Below are positions 7,861 through 18,157 of a stretch of DNA of 64,000 nt, in pieces. Source of the stretch: an uncultured Pseudomonadota bacterium (GTDB lineage Bacteria > Oederibacteriota > Muellerivitia > Muellerivitales > Muellerivitaceae); the NCBI GenBank assembly GCA_963836235.1, contig CAWIIP010000004.1:448001-512000 (forward strand), in the 5' to 3' direction. Numbering within the stretch: the first letter of the stretch is position 1; each line of letters opens with the position of its first letter. A program made the translations under genes and the position numbers. The notes beneath the pieces were generated by a model. The model searched no databases, was not told where the DNA came from, and saw nothing but the letters and a program-made list of their open reading frames with translations.

Positions 7861-9189
7861 ATGGTTAATGGCCGTTCAACCCCCCTAACAGAAAAAATTA
7901 AATCTGAACGTTTTCGCCGTCTTTCAAAAGAGGGTTTCTGGATTGTTTTAGGTCAAGCCATGGCCGCTGTCGGTTCGTTAGTAGGCGTGCGGATACTGAC
8001 GGGATTTCTGAATCCCGCGGCGTATGGCCAACTTGCTCTGGGGATGACTATAGCCACACTTATTAGTCAAACAATTCTCGGACCCTTGGCAAATGGTGTA
8101 ACACGGTTCTATGCACCTGCGGTGGAAAGGGGAGATCTCGGCGGTTATTTAAAAGCGGCTCGACGGCTTTTGATTTGGGCTATAGGTGTCATCATTTTCA
8201 TAATTCCGTTTGCAATCGTAGGACTGTTGTTAGCGGGTCAGGCCAAATGGATTAATATTGTAATCGGTGCATTCTTCTTCTCTGTTTTGAGTGGGTCGAA
8301 TTCAATCTTTACTGGTATTCAGAATGCGGCTCGCCAACGATCTATTGTAGCCTTTCATCAGGGTTTGCAACCTTGGATGCAATATCTGGTTGCGGCTGGC
8401 TTGTTAGTTTGGTTAGGTTCCACTAGCACCATCGCAATGATTGGCTATGCCCTAGCCATTCTTCTTATGAATGGCTCTCAATATTTATTCTTTCGCAAGG
8501 TTATCTCTTCTCGTGTAATTGGGGAAATTAAAGAAAAAGAATGGCACGAAAAAATTTTAAATTATTCCTGGCCATTTGCGACCTGGGGTGTTTTTACCTG
8601 GGCCCAACTTGCTTCTGACCGTTGGGCCTTGGGATGGTTTTCAACGATGCAAGAGTTGGGTTTGTACGCAGTTCTTTATCAGATGGGATACTATCCGATC
8701 TCTATGGCCACTGGGATGGCCGTTCAACTCTTGGCACCTATTTATTACCAGCGGGCGGGGGATGCTAGCGACAGCCGACGCAATGCCAACGTGAGTAGTT
8801 TTAGTTGGCGTCTAACAGTATTGTTCCTGGGAGTAACTAGCATAGCTTTCTTGGCAGCGCTTTTATTTCATGAACAGATATATGAAGTTTTTGTAGCCAA
8901 GCAGTTTAGAACCGTATCGTTTTTATTGCCGTGGATGATGTTAGCAAGTGGAGTATTCGCCGCAGGACAAACTATTGCTCTTAATTTAATGAGCCAAATG
9001 AAAACGCATAAAATGATGGTCTCAAAAATCACTACGTCACTTTTGGGTGTTGCGTTCAACGTCGCAGGTGCTTACAGGTATGGTATTAAGGGTGTCGTTT
9101 TTGCAAATATATTATTTTCCTTAGTTTATTTTCTTTGGATGGTTGTTCTGTCTAAGAAAGACCATTTAAATATTGGGCGAGAAAAATAA
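7861..9189 (+). CDS. wzx: Oligosaccharide flippase (MOP family), cassette 1
   Basis: About 12 TM segments, LNPAAYG, SDRW.L..F...ELGLYAV; polysaccharide-locus context. Confidence 0.8.
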   Translation: MVNGRSTPLTEKIKSERFRRLSKEGFWIVLGQAMAAVGSLVGVRILTGFLNPAAYGQLALGMTIATLISQTILGPLANGVTRFYAPAVERGDLGGYLKAARRLLIWAIGVIIFIIPFAIVGLLLAGQAKWINIVIGAFFFSVLSGSNSIFTGIQNAARQRSIVAFHQGLQPWMQYLVAAGLLVWLGSTSTIAMIGYALAILLMNGSQYLFFRKVISSRVIGEIKEKEWHEKILNYSWPFATWGVFTWAQLASDRWALGWFSTMQELGLYAVLYQMGYYPISMATGMAVQLLAPIYYQRAGDASDSRRNANVSSFSWRLTVLFLGVTSIAFLAALLFHEQIYEVFVAKQFRTVSFLLPWMMLASGVFAAGQTIALNLMSQMKTHKMMVSKITTSLLGVAFNVAGAYRYGIKGVVFANILFSLVYFLWMVVLSKKDHLNIGREK

Positions 9190-9203
9190 AAAAGGTGTAA
9201 ACA

Positions 9204-9983
9204 ATGAAACGAATCTTAAAAAAAATCTATTGGGTTCTCAGTGCACAATTTGGAATTGATCCGAGGAAAATGTTCAGTTTTCTGAGAGGCATTCCAAGGT
9301 ATATGTTTGATTTGTTCCGTTTTAACGCCAAATATAATGGAAGACTTGATTTAGTTCCTTGCCTTAATGATTGGTACGAAGAAGGAGGAACTACAAAGGA
9401 CGAATATTTCTTGCAAGATTTGTTGATTGCCAAAAAAATATTTGAGTCTAAACCGAAAAAACATGTTGATGTTGGTTCTCGGGTGGACGGCTTTGTTGCC
9501 CATGTCGCCAGTTTTCGGGATATTGAGGTTTTTGACGTTAGGCCAGTTACAACGCAGATACCAGGTATAACATTTAAACAAGCCGATCTTATGAAGCCGA
9601 TAGAAGGGCTTGTTGGTTATTGTGACTCACTTTCCTGCCTACATGCGTTGGAACACTTTGGATTAGGGCGCTATGGTGATCCAATTGATCCTAAAGGGTA
9701 TGAATGCGGATTTGCTAATATGGCAAATTTATTGAGGAAAGGTGGCGTCTTCTACCTATCCGTTCCTATCGGCATTGGCCGAGTCGAATTCAACGCAAAT
9801 CGTGTTTTGGATCCTAGGGAAGTTATCAATTTAGCCATAAAAAATAACCTTCGCTTATCAGGTTTTACGGTAATAAGGCAAGGAGGCAAGGTGGAATTGT
9901 TTGATCTTGAAGATTTACAACTCGATCTTCTTGCAGGCAAAAACTATGCCCTAGGAATTTTTACTTTTGAAAGAATTTCGTAG
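9204..9983 (+). CDS. DUF268-like methyltransferase-fold protein
   Basis: HVDVGSRVDGFVAHVAS, SLSCLHALEHFGLGRYGDPID, FNANRV. Confidence 0.75.
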   Translation: MKRILKKIYWVLSAQFGIDPRKMFSFLRGIPRYMFDLFRFNAKYNGRLDLVPCLNDWYEEGGTTKDEYFLQDLLIAKKIFESKPKKHVDVGSRVDGFVAHVASFRDIEVFDVRPVTTQIPGITFKQADLMKPIEGLVGYCDSLSCLHALEHFGLGRYGDPIDPKGYECGFANMANLLRKGGVFYLSVPIGIGRVEFNANRVLDPREVINLAIKNNLRLSGFTVIRQGGKVELFDLEDLQLDLLAGKNYALGIFTFERIS

Positions 9984-10004
9984 TTCAAAAAGGTTATGCA
10001 ATAA

Positions 10005-10712
10005 ATGTTTTACAGAAATATTAATGAAGAAAACCGTCAAATATGGCTGAAGAAAACTCTTTCATTGATTCCCCAAGGTTCCCGCATTCTTGATGCCGGG
10101 GCTGGAGAATTACGTAATAAATCTTTATGTAACCATCTTACTTATATTTCCCAAGATTTTTGCCAATATGACGGAAGCGGCGACGGTAAAGGGTTGCAAA
10201 CAACCAATTGGGACACTAGCCGGATCGATTTAGTTTGTGACATCACTGCTATTCCGGAAACAGACGGTTCTTTTGATTTCATCCTTTGTAGTGAAGTTCT
10301 AGAACACGTTCCCGAACCAACAAAGGCACTGGCCGAATTTGCACGATTATTAAAACCTGGAGGGAAATTAATTTTAACTGCGCCTTTTTCCTCACTGGTG
10401 CATTTTGCTCCTTACCACTATTGCACCGGGTTCAGCCGGTACTGGTATGAATATCACCTTACCAAGTATTGTTTCAGGATAGAGGAGATGACTTCTAATG
10501 GGGATTGGTTTTCCTATTGCCATCAGGAATTGATGCGTTTGGGTAATATGGCGCGACAATATGGTGATTGGAGTTGGCCGATGGCCTATCTGCTTGAAAT
10601 TATTGGTGCTTTATATTTTAAAATTCGGAACAGGTCTATAAAAGCTGATGACCTGGCATGTTTTGGATGGCAGTGCGTGGCTGTGAAAAATCTGATAGAG
10701 CCTAAAGCATAA
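10005..10712 (+). CDS. Class I SAM-dependent methyltransferase
   Basis: ILDAGAG, FDFILCSEVLEHV, LLKPGGKLILTAP. Confidence 0.88.
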   Translation: MFYRNINEENRQIWLKKTLSLIPQGSRILDAGAGELRNKSLCNHLTYISQDFCQYDGSGDGKGLQTTNWDTSRIDLVCDITAIPETDGSFDFILCSEVLEHVPEPTKALAEFARLLKPGGKLILTAPFSSLVHFAPYHYCTGFSRYWYEYHLTKYCFRIEEMTSNGDWFSYCHQELMRLGNMARQYGDWSWPMAYLLEIIGALYFKIRNRSIKADDLACFGWQCVAVKNLIEPKA

Positions 10713-10730
10713 GGGAAAATTCGGAGAAAA

Positions 10731-11627
10731 ATGATAACAGTTAAACTTATGGGTGGACTTGGGAATCAAATGTTCCAATATGCCTTAGCAAAAAACATAG
10801 CCATTAGAAACAAAACTAATTTAGTGTTCGATCTAACATTTTTAAATCTTAGACAGGCAAAGGCCAATTATGTGTATAGGAATTATGACCTCGATGTTTT
10901 TAACATAGAGGAAAATTCAACTTTTTTATCAAGAAACCCAAAGGTTTTTCAAAATTCGACCTATTTATTTCAGACTTTAATCAATAAGTTAAACAAAAAA
11001 ATAAATAAAAAAAATTTCATAGAGGAACTAAAGCCGTATGAATATGACTTCGAGGTTCTGAATTCCCCGAATGGGAGCTACCTAGTCGGATATTGGCAAA
11101 ATGAAAAATATTTTTACGATATAAAAGAAATTATTAAAGATGAATTCTCGTCCTTTCGATATCCGCTATCGGAAAAAGCCGAGGAACTGTCTCGGGTAAT
11201 TAACGGGGAAAATTCCATATGTTTAAATTTTAGAAGGACCGACTATATAACAAGCCAGGAAGCTAAAAAATTTCATGGGAGTATTGAAAATGATTTTTAT
11301 GATTTGGCCTTGGAAATTATAAGGAAAAAAATCAATGATCCCCGTCTTTTTGTATTCTCCGATGATATAGATTGGTGCAAGAATAATTTCAAAAGTTCTT
11401 TGCCCACAACCTTTGTTGATGGGGTTTATGTTGGCAAAAAATACTCTGATTATTTTAGGCTCATGCGTGCCTGTAAACATTATGTGATTCCAAACAGTAC
11501 TTTCGCGTGGTGGGCAGCCTGGCTTAACTCGTCTAAAGATAAAATAGTAATTGCTCCCAAAAGATGGGTGGCAAGCGAAAAAATAAATTCTGATGATTTT
11601 GTTCCAAAGAACTGGATTAGGGTTTGA
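10731..11627 (+). CDS. GT11 alpha-1,2-fucosyltransferase-like
   Basis: GGLGNQMFQYA, GYWQNEKYF, RRTDY, FVFSDDIDWC, NSTFAWWAAWL. Confidence 0.9.
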   Translation: MITVKLMGGLGNQMFQYALAKNIAIRNKTNLVFDLTFLNLRQAKANYVYRNYDLDVFNIEENSTFLSRNPKVFQNSTYLFQTLINKLNKKINKKNFIEELKPYEYDFEVLNSPNGSYLVGYWQNEKYFYDIKEIIKDEFSSFRYPLSEKAEELSRVINGENSICLNFRRTDYITSQEAKKFHGSIENDFYDLALEIIRKKINDPRLFVFSDDIDWCKNNFKSSLPTTFVDGVYVGKKYSDYFRLMRACKHYVIPNSTFAWWAAWLNSSKDKIVIAPKRWVASEKINSDDFVPKNWIRV

Positions 11628-11671
11628 AAAAATGACGTCTTAAACCAAATGAATTAATGGGGATTTAAAAA

Positions 11672-13606
11672 ATGAGCCAGCCTCGAGTTACTGTCCTTAT
11701 GTCCTGCTATAACGCGGAGAAATGGTTGCGGGATGCAATTGAAAGTGTATTATTCCAAACCTTTACTGATTTCGAGTTTGTTATAGTAAATGACGGGTCA
11801 CGGGATAGCACACTAAAAATCATTCGGTCTTATGCCTCTAAGGATTCTCGAATTGTTGTGGTGAACAAAAAAAATACCGGTTTAGCGGACTCACTCAACC
11901 GTGGGATTCACATTGCGAGAGGTCAATGGATTGCTAGGCTTGACGCAGATGACTTGTGTGAACCGGGACGTTTAGAAAAGCAATTTAATTATGTTTTAGA
12001 GAATCCTGCCATAAATTTGTTGGGCACTGGTTCTCGGGAAATCGATGCCGCTGGCCTACCCATCAAAATTCATCATTATCCAAAGACACATGAAAGACTT
12101 GTAAAGCGATTAGAAAGGCACGGCGCGTTTTTTCCGCATTCATCCGCCTTTTATTCAGCGAAACTTGCCCGAAGTATTGGTGGTTATCGTAGTTGCATCA
12201 CGCGAGCTGAAGATAAAGACTTTTTTTTGCGCCTTTCGGAGCGCGGGGAACTGACTTGCCTTCCAGATCAATTAGTCCGAATTCGAAAACACCAGTCGCA
12301 AATTTCCAATGATGATGGGGGACGGCGACAATTAATTGATTCGTGGGCTGCGTCTATAAGCTACTTTCTTCGACGTTATGGTGTCACGGATCCCACAAGT
12401 GTTGGTGAAAAAAATAACCTTGATCAATATTTCAATTGGATAGAAAAGCGATTAAATATGATAGGAGCTTTCGAACGCCGAAAATTTTGGAAAGATGCCC
12501 GAACTGCTTACCTGGCGCAACCAAATTTGCTTTTGGGTATATTACAATTTGGAGCCCGGGTATCTCGATCCGGGTTTATTTATCAACTTTTAGCCGAAAG
12601 GTTGACTGGTTCCAGTTTGCCTAGGAAATTAGCCGTAGAATGGGCTAAAAGGTCGAATCCTTATTTCTTGCCGCCGAAAAATGGAACACACAAGATTACG
12701 ATAAAACCGAACTTTTTCATTGTCGGCGCACCAAAATCCGGTACGACTTCATTGAGTGAATATTTAAAGGAAAATTCCCATATTTACTTCAGCCCCGTAA
12801 AAGAGCCACATTATTTTGATTTTGACGCTTCTGTTAAAATCAGAACCAATTTCGAAACCTATTTATCTCTGTTTTATAAAGCCGACCCGAAAATACACAA
12901 AGCCATCGGCGAAGGTTCGACTGGTTATTTATTTTCGAAATGCGCCATTCCTGAAATCCTAAAATTTAATCCGGATGCCAAATTCATTGTTATGTTGCGA
13001 AATCCGGTTGATTTAGTCCAAGCCTGGCACGGTGAGATGTTTTATGAGGGATTAGAGAACATTTCAGACTTTGAAAAAGCTTGGTTGGCTCAAGAACAAA
13101 GAAAAAAAGGAGAAAATATCCCCGCTTCTTGCTGGGATGTGAGCAAACTGATGTATTCCGAATGGGGAATGTTAGGGGATCAGGTTGAAAAATTATTTTC
13201 GTTTGTTAAAAAAAATAAAATAAAAATTATTATTTTTGATGACTTTGTTTCGGACACGAAAAAGGTTTATGAAGAAGTTTTGAAGTTCCTCGAGGTTCCC
13301 ACTGATAACCGAAAAGACTTTCCGATTATTAATGAAAGAAAAAAGCTTATATTGCCTTGGTTACAGCCGGAATTAGCTTTTTTGGCAAATGTCGTCAGAG
13401 GTGTTCGGGCGAAGCTTGGCATTAAAATTGGGTACGGTTGGGGATTTTTACCCAAAATATTTTCACTCAATACCGAACCAGGGATTCGAAGAATCGTTGG
13501 CGAGGATTTTAAATCTGAATTGAACTCTTTTTATCTTAAAAATGTTGTGAAACTATCAAAACTGTTAAAGCGTGATCTTACTTATTGGGTTGCAACCCGC
13601 CGGTAA
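11672..13606 (+). CDS. Fusion: GT2 glycosyltransferase + sulfotransferase
   Basis: N-terminal VLMSCYN, VNDGSRD, ARLDADD; C-terminal FFIVGAPKSGTTSL, KEPHYF, MLRNPVD (PAPS-binding motifs). Confidence 0.88.
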   Translation: MSQPRVTVLMSCYNAEKWLRDAIESVLFQTFTDFEFVIVNDGSRDSTLKIIRSYASKDSRIVVVNKKNTGLADSLNRGIHIARGQWIARLDADDLCEPGRLEKQFNYVLENPAINLLGTGSREIDAAGLPIKIHHYPKTHERLVKRLERHGAFFPHSSAFYSAKLARSIGGYRSCITRAEDKDFFLRLSERGELTCLPDQLVRIRKHQSQISNDDGGRRQLIDSWAASISYFLRRYGVTDPTSVGEKNNLDQYFNWIEKRLNMIGAFERRKFWKDARTAYLAQPNLLLGILQFGARVSRSGFIYQLLAERLTGSSLPRKLAVEWAKRSNPYFLPPKNGTHKITIKPNFFIVGAPKSGTTSLSEYLKENSHIYFSPVKEPHYFDFDASVKIRTNFETYLSLFYKADPKIHKAIGEGSTGYLFSKCAIPEILKFNPDAKFIVMLRNPVDLVQAWHGEMFYEGLENISDFEKAWLAQEQRKKGENIPASCWDVSKLMYSEWGMLGDQVEKLFSFVKKNKIKIIIFDDFVSDTKKVYEEVLKFLEVPTDNRKDFPIINERKKLILPWLQPELAFLANVVRGVRAKLGIKIGYGWGFLPKIFSLNTEPGIRRIVGEDFKSELNSFYLKNVVKLSKLLKRDLTYWVATRR

Positions 13607-13695
13607 TCTAATCAAACCGAAAATTAATGTTGTTGAAGCTCCAAATATGGGAGAATCGGACTTGGGGAATATTCAAAAGCTTTGAACGGTGTGAC

Positions 13696-14829
13696 ATGTT
13701 CGCTCATTTAATATCCAGTCTTTCTCGTATCGCCGGTGGCCTTTTTTATTCCGTTTCCGGTTTCGTAAAAAGCCAAAGAATTCTTGGGGCCGATGCCCAA
13801 GTTTGGGGGCTGGAAGATAAATACCTGAATCAGGATAGGCATCAATGGGGTGCAATCCCTTTGAACAACTTTCGAATTTTCGGGCCAAAGGCTATTGGTT
13901 ATGCCCCTGGTTTTTTTTCTTCGTTGGATAATGCCGAACCCAAATTGACCCATTTGCACGGTATTTGGATGTATCCCTCAAGGGTTACTGAACTCTGGCA
14001 GCGAAAAACAGGGCGGCCGACAATTATTTCTCCCCATGGGATGCTTAATCCAATTTCCCTTCATTCTTCTGCTTGGAAAAAATGGCTGGCTTTGCGTTTT
14101 TATGAAAAACACAACTTGGAAAGATGCGCCTGTTTCCATGCTTTATCACATTTCGAAGCGGAATCTATTAAAGCTTTCAACTTGAAGCAGCCCATCGCCG
14201 TAATACCTAATGGCGTTGACCTTCCGGATATTTCCGCGAACGAAAAGGTAATTCGTGACTCCCGGCCTCGAACTTTACTTTTCTTGGGTCGTTTTCATTC
14301 CATCAAAAACCTTGATTCACTTATTCAAGCTTGGAAATCTTTGCCAGTGAGCCGTACTTCCGAGTGGCGCTTAATCATGGCAGGTTGGGGTGACGCAACT
14401 TATCAAAAAAGATTAAATGACCTTGCCGGCAAATCCGTGACTTTTATCGGGTCCCTTTATGGAGATGAAAAAATTAAAGCTTTCCAAGAGGCCTCTGCTT
14501 TCGTACTTCCGTCATTCAGTGAGGCTTCACCCATGGCTGTCTTAGAGGCTTGGTCTTATGGCCTTCCAGTACTCATGAGCAGGGAATGCAGATTATCAGA
14601 GGGTTTTTCAAAGGGTGCGGCCATTGAGACGGGATTAACTCCTAGTGAAATCTCAACCGCTCTTGAATGTTTCTTTCACATGGATGATTTGGAACGAGAA
14701 AAAATGGGGCTAAACGGAAGAGAATTGGTTAAAGAAAGATTTGCATGGCCGATTGTGGCTTCGAAAATGCTTAAAATTTACGACTGGATTTTGGGAAAAG
14801 GCCAAAAACCGGAATTCGTCATTGATTAG
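13696..14829 (+). CDS. GT4 glycosyltransferase
   Basis: HLHGIW, ISPHGML, VIPNGV, FLGRFHSIKNL, VLPSFSEASPMAVLEA; start moved to ATG 13696. Confidence 0.88.
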   Translation: MFAHLISSLSRIAGGLFYSVSGFVKSQRILGADAQVWGLEDKYLNQDRHQWGAIPLNNFRIFGPKAIGYAPGFFSSLDNAEPKLTHLHGIWMYPSRVTELWQRKTGRPTIISPHGMLNPISLHSSAWKKWLALRFYEKHNLERCACFHALSHFEAESIKAFNLKQPIAVIPNGVDLPDISANEKVIRDSRPRTLLFLGRFHSIKNLDSLIQAWKSLPVSRTSEWRLIMAGWGDATYQKRLNDLAGKSVTFIGSLYGDEKIKAFQEASAFVLPSFSEASPMAVLEAWSYGLPVLMSRECRLSEGFSKGAAIETGLTPSEISTALECFFHMDDLEREKMGLNGRELVKERFAWPIVASKMLKIYDWILGKGQKPEFVID

Positions 14830-14913
14830 TCGAATTATAATATTCGTGAACCGTTTAAGTAACTTTAATATTAAGTATTACTATCCGTATTGTTTTGATT
14901 GGAAGAGGCTTGG

Positions 14914-15474
14914 ATGAAACGGGAAATTTCTGAAGTTTCGTATGTTGACAAGATGCCGTTGGTAAATCGGTTGTTTCGGTTGGTTTGGAACACCGTTTGG
15001 ATATTTTTATTTCGTCCCTCGCCCTCTTTTTTTTATTTTTGGCGGAATTTTCTTTTACGTCTTTTTGGCGCCCGAATTGGAAAAGGGGTTCATGTTTATC
15101 CTTCCGCAACAATTTGGGCGCCTTGGAATTTGGAAATGGCGGACGAAAGTTCCCTCGGCCCGCATGTAATTTGCTATTCCATGGATAAGATCACTATCGG
15201 ACATAATGTTACTGTCAGCCAATTTGCACACTTATGCACGGGTACCCACGACATTCGCCATCAGAGCTTTTTATTGCTTACTAAATCAATCAAAATCGGG
15301 GCAAATGCTTGGATAGCGACGGATGCCTTTGTGGGTCCGGGGATTGAAATTGGGGAAGGGGCAGTTGTGGGTGCCAGAGCGGTAGTCGTTAAGAATGTCA
15401 AACCTTGGATGATTGTCGGAGGGAATCCGGCGAAAATTATCGGAAAACGAAGTTTGGTAAAACAAAATGTCTGA
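14914..15474 (+). CDS. wcaF: WcaF-like hexapeptide-repeat O-acetyltransferase
   Basis: LLRLFGARIG, IWAPWNL, SQFAHLCTGTHD, VGGNPAK. Confidence 0.85.
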   Translation: MKREISEVSYVDKMPLVNRLFRLVWNTVWIFLFRPSPSFFYFWRNFLLRLFGARIGKGVHVYPSATIWAPWNLEMADESSLGPHVICYSMDKITIGHNVTVSQFAHLCTGTHDIRHQSFLLLTKSIKIGANAWIATDAFVGPGIEIGEGAVVGARAVVVKNVKPWMIVGGNPAKIIGKRSLVKQNV

Positions 15475-16099
15475 CAGCGTAACAAACAGGTTTAAATGGG
15501 GAAATGCTTCTCTCACGTGCGCCCATTCCTATTTAATGCCGAAAGTTATTTCAATTCTTCAATCGTTTCCCGATGAAATGGAAAAAAAGATTTTTGATTT
15601 GGGATGTGGGAATGGGAGTGTGGATTTTGAGCTTGATCGCCTGGGTTGGAGAACGACAGGGATTGATTCAAGTGAAGAGGGGATTGAGAAATCCCGTAAA
15701 GCATATCCTCATCTCGATTTACACCTTGGGTCTGTTTATGACAGCTTGACTGAGCAATACGGCGAATATCCTGTTTGCTTAAGCTTGGAAGTGGTTGAAC
15801 ACCTCTTCGACCCTAAGTTGTTCGCGAAGAACTTATTTCGTCTTGTGCGACCGGGAGGTACCGCCATCCTTTCAACACCTTTTCACGGGTATTTCAAAAA
15901 CTTGGCCATTTCTATAACAGGGAAATGGGATAAGCATTTCACGGCTTTATGGGATGGGGGGCATATAAAATTTTGGTCACCAAGCACCTTGAAATTGCTG
16001 TTAAAAGAAGTCGGTTTTAAAGATTTTAAATTCTATTACGTGGGGCGCATACCCGTCTTGGCAAAATCAATGATTGTTGTTGCAAAGCGTCCGATGTGA
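15467..16099 (+). CDS. Class I SAM-dependent methyltransferase
   Basis: IFDLGCGNG, LEVVEHL, PGGTAILSTPFHGY, GGHIKFWS. Confidence 0.88.
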   Translation: MSDSVTNRFKWGNASLTCAHSYLMPKVISILQSFPDEMEKKIFDLGCGNGSVDFELDRLGWRTTGIDSSEEGIEKSRKAYPHLDLHLGSVYDSLTEQYGEYPVCLSLEVVEHLFDPKLFAKNLFRLVRPGGTAILSTPFHGYFKNLAISITGKWDKHFTALWDGGHIKFWSPSTLKLLLKEVGFKDFKFYYVGRIPVLAKSMIVVAKRPM

Positions 16100-16908
16100 T
16101 TTCTGTACTTATCATTACTTTTAATGAAGAAGTGAATATTAACGATTGTCTCGATTCGGTGGCTTGGTCCGACGATGTACTTGTTTTTGACTCCGGAAGC
16201 ACTGACAAAACCATTGAGTTTGCAAAGTCGAAGGGCGCCAGGGTTTTAACCCGTCCATTTGATAACTATGGCTCACAACGTCAGGCGGCTTTAGAACAGG
16301 GCGCTTTCAAGTACCCCTGGCTTTTGGTTTTGGACGCGGATGAGAGGGTGGATCAGGAGTTGGTCGGAGAGTTAAAAGCCATTTCAATGGATTCAAATTG
16401 TGGTTTCGAGGGATTCTTAATCCGCAGAAAAGATCATTTTCTGGGTCGCTGGATTCCCCGATCAACCCGTTATCCCACCTGGTATCTTCATTTTTTTAAA
16501 GTTGCTAAAACTCGCTATGAAGTTCGCTCCGTGCACGAGCACCCCGTTGTGAAAGGAAGTGTTGGTAAGTTAAATGGGCATTTGCTTCACTTTTCATTCA
16601 ATAAAGGCCTTCCGGAATGGCTAGAAAAGCACCGCCGGTATGCCAAGTTGGAGGCCAAAGAAGCGACCGCCATGCTGAAGAAACCCATTGATTGGAGTGG
16701 TTTACGGAGCAACGAACCAGGCAGGATTCAGAGAACTTTGAAAGCTTTATCTTATCGCTTTCCTTTTCGTGGCGTGGCCCGCTTTTTGTACTTGATGTTA
16801 TTCTATTTTGCATTTTTGGACGGAATACCAGGTATCCGTTATAGCATTATGATCAGCCGGTACGAGAACTGGGTGCAAAAAGAGATGAGAGCTCTTCAGG
16901 AAAAATGA
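16096..16908 (+). CDS. GT2 glycosyltransferase
   Basis: IITFNEE, FDSGSTD, LVLDADE, VHEH, KHRRYA. Confidence 0.88.
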   Translation: MISVLIITFNEEVNINDCLDSVAWSDDVLVFDSGSTDKTIEFAKSKGARVLTRPFDNYGSQRQAALEQGAFKYPWLLVLDADERVDQELVGELKAISMDSNCGFEGFLIRRKDHFLGRWIPRSTRYPTWYLHFFKVAKTRYEVRSVHEHPVVKGSVGKLNGHLLHFSFNKGLPEWLEKHRRYAKLEAKEATAMLKKPIDWSGLRSNEPGRIQRTLKALSYRFPFRGVARFLYLMLFYFAFLDGIPGIRYSIMISRYENWVQKEMRALQEK

Positions 16909-16948
16909 TTGTGTAAGCATCATCCTTAACAGTTGACGAGGAAAACAT

Positions 16949-18112
16949 TTGAAAGAAACATCATTGCCTTTAACACAATGGACATTGCCCGGAACACTTA
17001 TCGTTTATGTTTTTTGTCGTTTTGAAAAGTCTTATTTTTTTTCTCACCAAATTTGGCAAGCGTTGTTCTACGGGGGGGTTTTATTTTCTTCGATGATTGT
17101 CTTTCAGTATTATTTTAAAAAGACAATCAGAATAAGAGAGGTAAACCTTAAGCCTCTCGGTTGGCTTTTTTATTTAATTTTTGTAAATATTGTTTGGCTT
17201 TTAAACGACGACAATATGGTTGGGTTTGCTGTTGGAAACATGCATTGTCTTTTATTGTTAATTACTTTGATTGGAACGTTTTCTTTTGGCAGTGATAATG
17301 GCATTTTAAATAAAAGACTTTATAAAATTACGCAAGTGGTGGTTTTGTTTCAGGTGTTTTTTCTTGTTACGAATGGATTATCTTTATCGAGTGGACTGCG
17401 TTTTTCCGGGGCGTTTTCTTCTTTGTGGGACGCTGTTAATCTAGAAATATTAAATGTTTTCTTGTTTTTTAATTCTGTTCGAGTTGGTATCCGTCCTAAA
17501 AAAATTGAAATAATAATATTAATTTGTTCCTTTTTTTTGATTTTCATCAGTGGGTCAAGGGCGGCTTTCGGAGTGGTCGTTTTATTGTCCTTGTTGAATT
17601 TGTATATTAAATTGAGTAGAAAAATAGGTTTAGTTTTAGCTTTCTTAACACTGGGAATCCTCGGCTTATTTATAGGATTTGAAAATCAATTTTCTTTGGC
17701 ATTGGGTAAATTTTTAAATCCCAGTGATGAAAGAAAGTTGAGCGAATCGAGAGACATTCCCTGGGCGATGGGGTGGGAGAAATTTAAAGAAAGTCCATGG
17801 ATTGGGCATGGTTTCTCATTTAAATATGGGGGTTATGGGTTAGAAGATAATCTTAAAATTGGCTACAGTTGGGAAAATGATCCACATAATTCTTATTTGG
17901 TAATGCTTGATGCAAGTGGAGCAATCGGTCTTTCATTATTTTGGTTATTAATGTTTACCATATGGAAATATCGTGGTGGTTGGAATGTAAATAAATCTGT
18001 CTTCGTTACCTGTCTTCTTTACGGATTATTTTGTAGTTACCTTGTATCGGCAGATATTTCGTTTTTTATCATGCTTAGTATGGTTTTTGTTCCTGGAAAA
18101 GTTCGCGGTTAG
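16949..18112 (+). CDS. wzy: Wzy polymerase / O-antigen-ligase-family membrane protein
   Basis: Multi-TM; SGSRAA, R..PW..G...F..SPWIGHG, PHNSYL (Wzy_C motifs); very AT-rich. Confidence 0.72.
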   Translation: MKETSLPLTQWTLPGTLIVYVFCRFEKSYFFSHQIWQALFYGGVLFSSMIVFQYYFKKTIRIREVNLKPLGWLFYLIFVNIVWLLNDDNMVGFAVGNMHCLLLLITLIGTFSFGSDNGILNKRLYKITQVVVLFQVFFLVTNGLSLSSGLRFSGAFSSLWDAVNLEILNVFLFFNSVRVGIRPKKIEIIILICSFFLIFISGSRAAFGVVVLLSLLNLYIKLSRKIGLVLAFLTLGILGLFIGFENQFSLALGKFLNPSDERKLSESRDIPWAMGWEKFKESPWIGHGFSFKYGGYGLEDNLKIGYSWENDPHNSYLVMLDASGAIGLSLFWLLMFTIWKYRGGWNVNKSVFVTCLLYGLFCSYLVSADISFFIMLSMVFVPGKVRG

Positions 18113-18157
18113 TTATCTGTTTTATGATTTATTATTTGCCCTTGAGTAATTAGAACC

